Source: an uncultured Gemmiger sp.
Lineage (GTDB): Bacteria; Bacillota; Clostridia; Oscillospirales; Ruminococcaceae
NCBI GenBank assembly: GCA_944382785.1
Contig: CALWNO010000008.1
Coordinates: 851 to 64,850, forward strand
Length of the DNA: 64,000 nt
Direction of reading: 5' to 3'
A program made the position numbers and the translations under genes. The notes beneath the pieces are model-generated. The model saw nothing but the letters and a program-made list of their open reading frames with translations. It made no database searches and was not told the DNA's origin. Each line of letters starts with the position of its first letter. Position 1 is the stretch's first letter. Positions 30,172 to 41,506 of this stretch are shown here, piece after piece.

Positions 30172-30903
30172 ATGATCGAAGTCAAGAATCTGGAAAAGAC
30201 ATGGCGCCGGGGCCGGACCCGGGTGGGGCTGTTTTCCACCAGCTTTACGGTACCGGACGGCCAGATCGTGGGTGTGCTGGGGGACAACGGTGCAGGAAAA
30301 ACAACCTTGCTGCGTTCTCTGGCGGGGCTTTTGCCGCCACAGGGCGGAACAGCCCTGTTTGACGGCAAAACGGCTGCAAAACAGTACGAGCGCATCAGCT
30401 ACATCACCGGGGAGGGCAGCTATTACCCCCAGCTGACAGTGGGGGAATACGGAATCTTTCTGGAGGACCTGCATCCGGCTTTCGACCCGAAGCGCTACCG
30501 CGATTTTCTGGCCTTCTTCCAGCTGCCGGAGGACGTGAAAATCGCACGGCTTTCTACCGGCCAGAAAGCCCGAGTGGAGCTGGCGGCCGGATTTGCCAAG
30601 CGGGCGGACTATTACCTGATGGATGAACCTTTCCTGGGCAAAGACGTTTTCACCCGCAAGGATTTCATCAAGCTGATGAGCGCCGTGCTCCATGGGCAGG
30701 AGACCATCCTCATTACTACCCACTATCTGGACGACATTGAGCATTTTCTGGACAGGGCCCTTGTGCTGCACCAGGGATGTATTGCAGATGATTTTATGAT
30801 GGAAGATCTGCAGCAAAGTGGACAATCACTGGTGGAGCGCATGGCCAAGACCTGCGGGTGGGACCCGCAGCGGTACCTTCGGTTTGGAGATGAGGAGGGA
30901 TGA
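30172..30903 (+). CDS. ABC transporter ATP-binding protein
   Basis: GDNGAGKTT, LSTGQ, YYLMDEP, TTH. Confidence 0.95.
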   Translation: MIEVKNLEKTWRRGRTRVGLFSTSFTVPDGQIVGVLGDNGAGKTTLLRSLAGLLPPQGGTALFDGKTAAKQYERISYITGEGSYYPQLTVGEYGIFLEDLHPAFDPKRYRDFLAFFQLPEDVKIARLSTGQKARVELAAGFAKRADYYLMDEPFLGKDVFTRKDFIKLMSAVLHGQETILITTHYLDDIEHFLDRALVLHQGCIADDFMMEDLQQSGQSLVERMAKTCGWDPQRYLRFGDEEG

Positions 30904-31139
30904 ATATGCCTTCGGTAAACGGCAAAAAACTGACCCCCAGCGAACAGGCCCTCTGGAACACTTTGTGTGATAACCGAGGCAAGGCGGTGACGCGCGGCCA
31001 GCTTTTGGCCGTGGTGGGATACCCGGCGGGCATCAGTACCCGCACTCTGGATGTGCACATCCAGCACCTGCGCCGTAAAATAGGGCAGGAGGCCCGCATC
31101 GAGACGGTGTTCCGCATTGGCTACCGCCTGGCGGTATAA
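30900..31139 (+). CDS. Stand-alone OmpR/PhoB-type winged-helix DNA-binding protein
   Basis: LTPSEQAL..L..N.GKAVTRGQLL..V...TRTLDVHIQHLRRKI...IETV..IGYRL; no receiver domain. Confidence 0.8.
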   Translation: MNMPSVNGKKLTPSEQALWNTLCDNRGKAVTRGQLLAVVGYPAGISTRTLDVHIQHLRRKIGQEARIETVFRIGYRLAV

Positions 31140-31147
31140 AGAAATGC

Positions 31148-31180
31148 AAACAGACCGGGAGGTTTTCTCCCGGTCTGTTT
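31148..31180. terminator. Bidirectional terminator
   Basis: AAACAGACCGGGAG-gtttt-CTCCCGGTCTGTTT between convergent genes. Confidence 0.85.
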
Positions 31181-31191
31181 TGGTGCGTGGG

Positions 31192-32154
31192 TTACTGTTG
31201 ACCCAGGGCGTCAAAACGGCGCACAATCTCCGGATCAGCCAGTTTGATCACCTGCCCCGAAAGACGGTGCAGGCTGTTGGTTTCGGGGATTCGCCCGAAG
31301 GTCAGCCGCTGGGCACACAAAGCCTGTGTCTTGAAGCCGACGCGCTCGTTCATGGCCCGGTTGCCATATTTGATGTCGCCCAACACCGGGTGGCCCAGAA
31401 AGGCCAGGTGGGCACGGATCTGGTGGGTGCGCCCGGTCAGCAGCCCGATGCGGCACAGGGTGAAGGGGCCGTTGCGGCGGATGGGGGTCACCTCGGTGAT
31501 GATCTGCTTGTACCCTTCGGATTCATGGGCGTGGACCTTGACCTTGTTGCCTTTTTCGCTGTGCTGCAGCCAGGCAACGTGGCGTCCGGCGGGCGGTGTG
31601 CCGATGGTGATGGTCAGGTATTCCTTTTTCAGCCAGTCTTCCCGGATAATCTCGTTCATATCCCGCAGGGCGGCATAACTCTTGGCAGCAATGACCAGCC
31701 CCTCAGTGCCCCGGTCCAGGCGGTTGCACAGGGCGGGGGCAAAGCGATTCTCTGCTTTGGGATCGTATTTGCCCTCCTCCACCAGGCGGGCGGTGAAGGC
31801 ATCTACCAGGTTGGGGTCACCGGTGCGGTCACTGTGACACAGAAGATGAGCGGGTTTGTACAGCACCGCGATATCCTCGTCCTCGTACACAACGGTGACC
31901 GGCGGCTGGCGGCGGGGTGGCTTTTTTACGCTGGTCACCGGTACGGCAGGGAAGAACTCATCATTGATGTACATTTCAATAACATCGCCGGTCTGCAATC
32001 GGGTATCCGGCTCTCCCCGTTTGCCGTTGACCTTGATGCGCTTGTTGCGGAAACTCTTGTACATCAGTCCCCGAGGCATGCCGGAAGTGACTGCCTCCAC
32101 AAAGCGGCTCAGCCGTACGCCGTTTTCGTTTTCTCCAGCCGTAAATCGTTTCAT
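31192..32154 (-). CDS. RluA-family pseudouridine synthase with an S4 domain
   Basis: S4-like N-terminus, CNRLDRGTEG catalytic motif, TGRTHQIRAHLA..GHPVLGDIKYG. Confidence 0.95.
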   Translation of the reverse strand: MKRFTAGENENGVRLSRFVEAVTSGMPRGLMYKSFRNKRIKVNGKRGEPDTRLQTGDVIEMYINDEFFPAVPVTSVKKPPRRQPPVTVVYEDEDIAVLYKPAHLLCHSDRTGDPNLVDAFTARLVEEGKYDPKAENRFAPALCNRLDRGTEGLVIAAKSYAALRDMNEIIREDWLKKEYLTITIGTPPAGRHVAWLQHSEKGNKVKVHAHESEGYKQIITEVTPIRRNGPFTLCRIGLLTGRTHQIRAHLAFLGHPVLGDIKYGNRAMNERVGFKTQALCAQRLTFGRIPETNSLHRLSGQVIKLADPEIVRRFDALGQQ

Positions 32155-32233
32155 CCTGGTACCTCTCTACTTTGCAAAACAATATTTATAGTATATAATA
32201 AAAAAAGTCAAACGTAAAGGATGTGCACCCCTT

Positions 32234-32998
32234 ATGGCACAGGAGAAAAAGGAAAAACCCATCCATGCCGATCACCGTTCCCGTATGCAGGAACGGGTGC
32301 GCCGGGAAGGTCTTTCCAGTCTGGCTGCCCACGAGGTGCTGGAGTATCTTTTGTACTTTTCCATCCCCCGCAAGGATACCAACGCTCTGGCCCACCGGCT
32401 TCTCCAGCATTTCGGCAGTTTCTGCAATGTGCTGGATGCCAGTGAGGAGGAACTGCTCAAGGTGGAAGGAATTGGCCCCGCCAGTGCCCGGCTGATTTCC
32501 GGTATCCGCCAATTTGACCAATATTATCTTTTGCAGCAGCGCCGCGGCCGGCCGCACCCGTTGAACAGCGAAGCGGCGCGTATTGAGTATGTACGTCCGC
32601 TGTTTTATGGGGAGCACAACGAGATCTGTTACCTCATTGCCATGAATGACCAGTACATGCCCCTGCGGGATATTCGCGTGTCAGAAGGTGTGCCCAACCA
32701 TGTGACCATCAATACCCGCAAGATGGCCCGGGAGGCGGTGGCCAGCGGGTGTACCTGTGCTTTTCTGGCGCATAACCATCCATCCGGGTTGGCGGTGCCG
32801 TCCAGTGCCGATATTTATTCCACCCGTCTGGCAGCAGGGGCGCTGCAGCCTCTGGGAATCCATCTGGTGGATCACATCATTGTGGCACCGGCGGATGCCG
32901 CCAGTATGATGAAACAGTTCCAGGCGTCCCCGGATCTGGTCCCGCAGGCTGCTTTGGCCAGCGAGCCGGTTCCCGAGGCGGAGGAACCCGAAATATAA
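32234..32998 (+). CDS. radC: RadC/JAB-domain protein
   Basis: HRSRMQER, HEVLEYLL, HhH motif VEGIGPASA, AHNHPSG...SSAD, VDHII. Confidence 0.9.
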   Translation: MAQEKKEKPIHADHRSRMQERVRREGLSSLAAHEVLEYLLYFSIPRKDTNALAHRLLQHFGSFCNVLDASEEELLKVEGIGPASARLISGIRQFDQYYLLQQRRGRPHPLNSEAARIEYVRPLFYGEHNEICYLIAMNDQYMPLRDIRVSEGVPNHVTINTRKMAREAVASGCTCAFLAHNHPSGLAVPSSADIYSTRLAAGALQPLGIHLVDHIIVAPADAASMMKQFQASPDLVPQAALASEPVPEAEEPEI

Positions 32999-33028
32999 AA
33001 AGGCGCCGCCCTCTTTCGGGGGCGGCGC
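32997..33028 (-). terminator. Terminator hairpin between radC and hpf
   Basis: GGCGCCGCCC...GGGCGGCGCC with the T run on the minus strand. Confidence 0.65.
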
Positions 33029-33042
33029 CGTATTGGGTTATA

Positions 33043-33558
33043 TCAGGCCTGAGGAATCAGCACACCGTAACCGCCGTCGGCACGGCGATAAACGACCTGG
33101 ACCTCGCCGGTGTCGGCGCTGCGGTACAGGAAGAAACTGTGCCCCAGAAGCTCCATCTGCATGATGGCTTCCTCGGTGGTGCAGGGCTTGACGGCAAAGT
33201 GCTTTTCACGCACGACGGTCAGCGGCTCTTCCGGTTCGGCAGCGGGCATCTCCTGCACCGCGGCGGCGGTCAGTTTGTCGCCCAGGCGCTTGCGGTACTT
33301 GACCACGCGGCGCACCAGAAGATCCACGGCATCACTCAGGGCGTCCTCCATCCGGTCAGAGGCTTTTTCAGCGCGCATGGTCAGCGTGCCGCTGCGCAGA
33401 GTCAGCTCCACCGTCTGCCGGCTTTTCTCCACCGTTACTGTGACCTGCGCCTGCGCTTCTTCGGGAAAGAACTTGTCAAGCTTGGCCAGCTTCTTCTCTG
33501 CCAGTTCGATGAAGCTGGGTTTCAGCGATACGCGACGGCCGGTACATGTGACTTTCAT
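33043..33558 (-). CDS. hpf: Ribosome hibernation promoting factor (long HPF / RaiA)
   Basis: S30AE domain (KLAKLDKFF..VTV....VELT..LRAE...DAL..AVD.L.RR..KYR) plus C-terminal EEAIMQMELLGHSFF. Confidence 0.93.
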   Translation of the reverse strand: MKVTCTGRRVSLKPSFIELAEKKLAKLDKFFPEEAQAQVTVTVEKSRQTVELTLRSGTLTMRAEKASDRMEDALSDAVDLLVRRVVKYRKRLGDKLTAAAVQEMPAAEPEEPLTVVREKHFAVKPCTTEEAIMQMELLGHSFFLYRSADTGEVQVVYRRADGGYGVLIPQA

Positions 33559-33651
33559 AGGACAACCTCCTTATTTGGCACCGCAAAGGCGATGCCCGGT
33601 CTTGGCAGCCGCTTAAGGGAAGAGTCTCCCGGCGGCGGTTACCGTATCTTT

Positions 33652-33680
33652 ATTATAGCAATCTTTTCACAAAAAGTAAA
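33652..33680 (-). promoter_or_regulatory. Sigma-A-type promoter of hpf
   Basis: Minus strand TTTACT-17-TATAAT with an extended TG. Confidence 0.65.
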
Positions 33681-33752
33681 ATGTTTTGGGTCAAAACCGG
33701 AAATTTTTTGTAAAAAGTTCACAGCTCCCCTCCGGCACAGAAAGGAATCCCG

Positions 33753-35603
33753 ATGAATCAATACGATGTCCTTCAAAAATACTTCGGTCATGACAGCTTC
33801 CGCCCCGGGCAGGAAACACTGATTGATGCCATTCTGAATGGCCGGGATGTGCTGGGGGTCATGCCCACCGGTGCGGGAAAATCCGCCTGCTACCAGGTCC
33901 CGGCCATGCTGTTGCCGGGACTTACCCTGGTTATCTCGCCTCTTATTTCTCTTATGCAGGACCAGGTGGCTGCCCTGCGCCAGAGCGGCATCCAGGCAGC
34001 CTGCATCCATTCCGGTATGGAAGAGGGAAGCTATTGGGATATCATGCAGGGCGCCCGGCTGGGACAGTACAAGCTGCTGTATGTGGCACCGGAACGCCTG
34101 GAAACCGACGGATTTCTCTCCCTGATCAGCGGGGTGCAGGTGTCACTGGTGGCAGTGGATGAAGCGCACTGCGTATCCCAGTGGGGACAGGATTTCCGCC
34201 CCAGTTATCTGCGCATTGCCGGGTTTCTGGCCGGGCTCTCGCCACGGCCGCCGGTGGGGGCTTTTACGGCCACGGCCACCGGCCAGGTCAAGCAGGATAT
34301 TGCCCGATTGCTGGAACTGCGGGACCCTGTCTGTGTCACCACAGGATTTGACCGTCCCAATTTATATTTTGCGGTGGAGCGCCCGCGTGACAAGGATCAG
34401 TTTGTGGAAGACTATATCAAGGACCATCCGGGCAAAAGCGGTATCGTCTACTGCTCCACCCGCAAGACGGTGGAACTGGTCTGCACCCAGCTGCGCCGGG
34501 CAAAAATATCGGCCACCCGGTACCACGCGGGACTGGAAGCGGAGGAACGACGCAAAAATCAGGAGGATTTTGTCTATGACCGGCGCCGGGTCATGGTAGC
34601 CACCAATGCCTTCGGTATGGGCATTGACAAATCCAACGTGAGTTTTGTCATTCACTACAACATGCCCAAGAACATCGAAAACTACTACCAGGAAGCGGGC
34701 CGTGCCGGGCGTGATGGCAGCGACGCCGAATGTATCCTGCTGTATTCCCTGGGCGATGTACAGACGGCCCGGTTCCTCATCCAGAACAGTCATGACAATG
34801 AGGAGCTGAGCGAAGAGCAGGCCAGGCAGATCGAAAAGCTGGATCTGCAGCGGCTGGACCGAATGGTGGCCTACTGCAAGACGACTCGCTGCCTGCGAGG
34901 ATTCCTGCTGGAATATTTCGGTCAGCACCAGGACGGAGGCTGCGGTAACTGCGGCAACTGTCGGGGAGATTTTATTCAGACCGACATCACCACCGAGGCC
35001 CAAAAGATTCTGTCCGGGGTGGCCCGTATCGAAAAGCGTTGGCCGGGCGGATTGGGCGTGGTAGCTCTGGTTCAGATGCTGCGGGGCAGCAAGGATAAAA
35101 ACACCCTCAAGCGCGGGCTGGATACCCTGCCCACCTACGGCATCATGCAGGATACACCCCCGGCCCGGATGCGATTGTATCTGGATGCGCTGGAAGAACA
35201 GGGATATCTGGTCAACACACAGGGAGAGTATCCGGTGGTGCGCCTGGCTGCCAGGGCAAAAGATGTGCTGTTCCGGGGGGAGACTGTCACAATGGCCGAG
35301 CACCGCACGGCGGAAAAGACGAAAAAAGAACCCAGGCCCAAGACTTCCGGCGCCCCTGCCGATGTGCAGGAGGACCTGTACGAGCGGCTGCGGGCAGTGC
35401 GCAGTGAACTGGCCCAGAAACAGCATGTGCCCGCCTATATCATCCTGTCCAACGCCTCTCTGGCAGAGATGGCTTCCAAGCGACCGCGCACCACCGGAGA
35501 CCTGATGCGGATTTCCGGCGTGGGGGAGGCTCGTGCCCACCGGTATGGGCAACAGTTCCTTCGTGCCATCGCGGAATATGCGGCGGCATATCCGGAAGAA
35601 TAA
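33753..35603 (+). CDS. recQ: DNA helicase RecQ
   Basis: [55 protein letters not shown], zinc-binding cysteines, RQC and HRDC domains. Confidence 0.97.
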   Translation: MNQYDVLQKYFGHDSFRPGQETLIDAILNGRDVLGVMPTGAGKSACYQVPAMLLPGLTLVISPLISLMQDQVAALRQSGIQAACIHSGMEEGSYWDIMQGARLGQYKLLYVAPERLETDGFLSLISGVQVSLVAVDEAHCVSQWGQDFRPSYLRIAGFLAGLSPRPPVGAFTATATGQVKQDIARLLELRDPVCVTTGFDRPNLYFAVERPRDKDQFVEDYIKDHPGKSGIVYCSTRKTVELVCTQLRRAKISATRYHAGLEAEERRKNQEDFVYDRRRVMVATNAFGMGIDKSNVSFVIHYNMPKNIENYYQEAGRAGRDGSDAECILLYSLGDVQTARFLIQNSHDNEELSEEQARQIEKLDLQRLDRMVAYCKTTRCLRGFLLEYFGQHQDGGCGNCGNCRGDFIQTDITTEAQKILSGVARIEKRWPGGLGVVALVQMLRGSKDKNTLKRGLDTLPTYGIMQDTPPARMRLYLDALEEQGYLVNTQGEYPVVRLAARAKDVLFRGETVTMAEHRTAEKTKKEPRPKTSGAPADVQEDLYERLRAVRSELAQKQHVPAYIILSNASLAEMASKRPRTTGDLMRISGVGEARAHRYGQQFLRAIAEYAAAYPEE

Positions 35604-35630
35604 ACACCGCTTTCTTTTTGCAAAAAACAC

Positions 35631-35659
35631 TTTACGGCGGAAAAAAAGCATGCTATAAT
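35631..35659 (+). promoter_or_regulatory. Sigma-A-type promoter of uvrBA
   Basis: TTTACG-17-TATAAT with an extended TG. Confidence 0.6.
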
Positions 35660-35731
35660 CAGACGGGATACAACCAATTGTTGTGGATTTGCGCGCATCC
35701 ATGGATGCGGAAAGACAAAGGGGGATGGGAC

Positions 35732-37786
<2,055 letters not shown>

Positions 37787-37789
37787 ACT

Positions 37790-40708
37790 TTGAGTCCTTC
37801 CAAAAAGATTGAGATCGACGCCAATCAGCGTATTGTCATCAAGGGCGCCCGGGAGCATAATCTGAAAAATGTCAATCTGACGCTGCCCCGCAACAAGCTG
37901 ATCGTCATGACCGGGCTGTCCGGGTCGGGCAAATCCAGCCTGGCCTTTGACACCATCTACGCCGATGGTCAGCGCCGGTATATGGAGAGTCTGTCCAGCT
38001 ATGCCCGGCAGTTCTTAGGGCAGATGGAAAAGCCGGATGTGGACGAGATCACCGGCCTTTCCCCGGCAATCTCCATTGACCAGAAAACCACCAGCCACAA
38101 CCCCCGGTCCACGGTGGGCACCGTCACCGAAATTTACGATTACCTGCGTTTGATGTATGCCCGCATTGGTGTTCCGCACTGCCCCATCTGCGGTCGGGTC
38201 ATCTCCCAGCAGAGTGTGGATGAGATGGTGGACGAGGTGTTGAAGCTGCCCGAACGCACCCGGTTCCAGATCCTGGCTCCGGTGGTGCGCGGCCGCAAGG
38301 GCACCCAGGCCAAGGAACTGGACGCAGCCCGCCGCGCCGGCTATGCCCGGGTACGCATCGACGGCAATATGTACGATCTTGAAGAAGAGATCAAACTGGA
38401 AAAGAACATCAAGCACACGGTGGAGATCGTGGTGGATCGTCTGTCCATCAATGATTCGGTGCGCAGCCGTCTGGCCGACTCCATCGAGTCGGCGCTGGCT
38501 CTTACCGGCGGGCTTGTCACGGTGGATGTCATCGGCGGGGAACCCATGACCTTCAGCCAGAACTACGCCTGCCCGGAACACGGCTTTTCCATTGAGGAGC
38601 TGAATCCCCGGATGTTCAGCTTCAATAACCCCTTCGGTGCCTGCGAGACCTGTACCGGTCTGGGTACTTTCATGAAAGTAGACCCGGCCCGCATTATTCC
38701 GGACAAGCGCAAGTCCATCCGGGAAAGCGCCATCAAGGCCAGCGGTTGGTACTACGCCGAAGGCTCGGTGTCGGAGATGTATTACAAAGCCCTGGGCAAG
38801 CGGTACGGCTTTACCCTGGATACGCCGGTGAAAGAGATGAGCAAGGAGGCAGTCCACGCCATCCTGTACGGCACCGGCGGGGAAAAGATTGAGCTTCAGC
38901 GGGAAAACATGTTTGGCTCCGGCACCTATTACAACGAGTTTGAGGGCATCGTTCCCAACCTGGAACGCCGGTTCCGGGAAACCAGCAGCGAGTGGGTCAA
39001 GGAAGAGATCGCCCTGGTCATGTCCAGCGAGGAGTGCCCCACCTGCCATGGCCGACGCCTGAAACCGGCCAGCCTGGCAGTCACGGTGGGCGGCATCAAC
39101 ATTGCGGATTTCTGCGACATGAGTGTGCAGCAGGAACTGGAGTTCATCAAGACGGCTAAGGTTTCTGAGCGGGATGAGATGATCGGCGCCCCCATTTTCA
39201 AGGAAGTCAAAGAACGCCTGGGCTTTTTGAACAGCGTGGGTCTGGGGTACCTGACCCTGTCCCGTGGTGCCGCGTCTCTTTCCGGCGGCGAAAGCCAGCG
39301 CATCCGCCTGGCTACCCAGATCGGCAGCGCTCTGACCGGGGTGCTGTATGTGCTGGATGAACCCAGCATCGGTCTGCACCAGCGGGATAACGATAAACTG
39401 ATTGCCACCATGAAGCGTCTGCGGGATCTGGGCAACACCCTGATCGTGGTGGAGCACGACGAGGACACCATGCGGCAGGCCGACTTCCTGGTAGACGTGG
39501 GTCCGGGAGCCGGTGTGCACGGCGGCGAGATCGTGGCCGCCGGAAGTGTGGCGGATGTGTGCAAGGCCAAACGCAGCATTACCGGGCAGTATCTGTCCGG
39601 CCGCAAGTTTGTGGAAGTGCCGGAGCATCGCCGTCCCGGAAACGGCAAGTTCCTGCGGGTGGTCAAGGCCCGGGAAAACAACCTCCAGAACATCACGGTG
39701 GATTTTCCCCTGGGCAAGATGGTCTGCGTGACCGGTGTGTCCGGTTCCGGTAAGTCCACCCTGGTCAACGAGATTCTGTACAAGACCCTGGCTGCCGCCA
39801 TGAACGGTGCCCGCAGCCGTCCCGGCCAGTGTGAGGAAGTGCAGGGGATGGAATGGGTGGACAAGGTCATCGGCATTGACCAGTCTCCCATCGGACGCAC
39901 ACCCCGTTCCAACCCGGCTACCTATACCGGCGTTTTCGGCGATATCCGCACCCTGTTTGCCAACACCCAGGACGCCAAGGCCCGGGGCTACGGCCCGGGT
40001 CGGTTCAGCTTCAACGTCAAGGGCGGCCGGTGTGAAGCCTGTGAAGGCGGCGGTATCCTGCAGATTGAGATGCACTTTTTGCCGGATATCTATGTGCCCT
40101 GTGATGTCTGCAAAGGCAAGCGGTACAACCGGGAGACCCTGGAAGTGCATTACCGGGACAAGAACATCTCGGATGTGCTGAACATGACGGTGGAGGAAGC
40201 CTGTGTCTTCTTTGCCAATCAGCCCAAGATCGCCCGCAAGCTGCAAACTTTGCAGGAGGTAGGACTCGGCTATATCGAACTGGGCCAGGCGGCCACAACC
40301 CTGTCCGGCGGCGAAGCCCAGCGGGTCAAGCTGGCCAACGAACTGGCACGGCGAGATACCGGGCAGACGGTGTATATCTTGGACGAACCCACCACCGGTC
40401 TGCATGTGGCCGATGTGCACCGTCTGGTCAAGGTCCTGGACAAGCTGGTGGATGCCGGCAACACGGTCATCGTCATCGAGCACAATCTGGATGTGATCAA
40501 GCGCGCCGACTATATTATCGATCTGGGCCCCGAAGGCGGCAGCGGCGGCGGTCTGGTGGTGGCTACCGGCACTCCGGAAGAAGTGGCCGAGAATCCGGCT
40601 TCTTTCACCGGCCAGTACCTCAAGCCGGTGCTGGAACGGGCACGGCAGCTGCAGGCTGCAGAAAAGACGGCACCAAAGTCCGCCCGCAGCAAAACCAAAA
40701 AAGATTGA
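37790..40708 (+). CDS. uvrA: Excinuclease ABC subunit A
   Basis: [18 protein letters not shown], zinc fingers, [24 protein letters not shown]. Confidence 0.98.
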   Translation: MSPSKKIEIDANQRIVIKGAREHNLKNVNLTLPRNKLIVMTGLSGSGKSSLAFDTIYADGQRRYMESLSSYARQFLGQMEKPDVDEITGLSPAISIDQKTTSHNPRSTVGTVTEIYDYLRLMYARIGVPHCPICGRVISQQSVDEMVDEVLKLPERTRFQILAPVVRGRKGTQAKELDAARRAGYARVRIDGNMYDLEEEIKLEKNIKHTVEIVVDRLSINDSVRSRLADSIESALALTGGLVTVDVIGGEPMTFSQNYACPEHGFSIEELNPRMFSFNNPFGACETCTGLGTFMKVDPARIIPDKRKSIRESAIKASGWYYAEGSVSEMYYKALGKRYGFTLDTPVKEMSKEAVHAILYGTGGEKIELQRENMFGSGTYYNEFEGIVPNLERRFRETSSEWVKEEIALVMSSEECPTCHGRRLKPASLAVTVGGINIADFCDMSVQQELEFIKTAKVSERDEMIGAPIFKEVKERLGFLNSVGLGYLTLSRGAASLSGGESQRIRLATQIGSALTGVLYVLDEPSIGLHQRDNDKLIATMKRLRDLGNTLIVVEHDEDTMRQADFLVDVGPGAGVHGGEIVAAGSVADVCKAKRSITGQYLSGRKFVEVPEHRRPGNGKFLRVVKARENNLQNITVDFPLGKMVCVTGVSGSGKSTLVNEILYKTLAAAMNGARSRPGQCEEVQGMEWVDKVIGIDQSPIGRTPRSNPATYTGVFGDIRTLFANTQDAKARGYGPGRFSFNVKGGRCEACEGGGILQIEMHFLPDIYVPCDVCKGKRYNRETLEVHYRDKNISDVLNMTVEEACVFFANQPKIARKLQTLQEVGLGYIELGQAATTLSGGEAQRVKLANELARRDTGQTVYILDEPTTGLHVADVHRLVKVLDKLVDAGNTVIVIEHNLDVIKRADYIIDLGPEGGSGGGLVVATGTPEEVAENPASFTGQYLKPVLERARQLQAAEKTAPKSARSKTKKD

Positions 40709-40853
40709 TTCTCATAAAATGATAAAATCCCCCGGATTGTTGTTGCAACTGTCCGGGGGCCTTTTACTGCCGAAAATGGGGATGAAAAACCAACGGCCAC
40801 AGGAATTATTTTTGGTATGATTCCGAATTTTTTGAGCCTTCCGGCAAATCCCC

Positions 40854-40882
40854 TTGCAACCTGTGTTCAGGTCAGATACAAT
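40854..40882 (+). promoter_or_regulatory. Sigma-A-type promoter
   Basis: TTGCAA-17-TACAAT upstream of SD AAGGAGG. Confidence 0.6.
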
Positions 40883-40924
40883 AGGAGTCGCAGAGCATTC
40901 CTTTACTTAAGGAGGATCGTTTTT

Positions 40925-41440
40925 ATGTCCCAATTGCGTAAAACTCTGGGAGATATTCATTCTGAGACTTGTTCTCGGCTTATGCGGCTTATAGAAACAC
41001 AAAGCAAGAAAACGTTGGCCCGGTGGGCCATCGACTACGCCGGGGAGCATTACCTTCCAATCTGCCGGGATGCCTGCCCGGAACTGGAACCGGTGGCTGC
41101 CAACTGCCGGGCTGGTGCGGAAGCAGGAAAACCGGCGGCACAGTACAAGGATCAGATACGGGCAGCGGCAGCGTTGGCGCGTGGCTGCTATGGCCCGGCA
41201 GAACAGGCAGCCGCCCGCGCCGTGGCTGTGGCGTGTGCCGTTGCACAGACTCCCTCCAATGCACTGGGATTTCTCTTCTATGGTGCTGCGGCTGTGGCGT
41301 ATGCCCAGGGAGGTCTGGACAGAAGCCCGGCGGAATACGACGCCATGGCGGCCGAGGAGCTGTGCCGGGCGTATGACTCGCTGAGAGCCTGCTCTGTGGC
41401 GGAGGAGAGCAAGCCCGTCAAGATACGTTGGAATTGCTGA
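40925..41440 (+). CDS. Conserved hypothetical alpha-helical protein (Imm5-like resemblance)
   Basis: SD AAGGAGG; TLARWAIDYA, AARAVAVAC, ALGFLFYGAAA; family recalled, not verified by search. Confidence 0.6.
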   Translation: MSQLRKTLGDIHSETCSRLMRLIETQSKKTLARWAIDYAGEHYLPICRDACPELEPVAANCRAGAEAGKPAAQYKDQIRAAAALARGCYGPAEQAAARAVAVACAVAQTPSNALGFLFYGAAAVAYAQGGLDRSPAEYDAMAAEELCRAYDSLRACSVAEESKPVKIRWNC

Positions 41441-41506
41441 ACGGCCTGTCGGCCGGAAGCAGAATGCCCGGATAACCACCATCCGCGCAGGGGAGAAAAG
41501 AAGCAA

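Noticed and set aside
33559-33650. raiA-motif ncRNA
   Set aside because: The region between promoter and SD is only ~85 nt, too short for that motif; kept only as a small leader candidate
35604-35731. LexA (SOS) box upstream of uvrB
   Set aside because: No GAAC-N4-GTTC-like site visible
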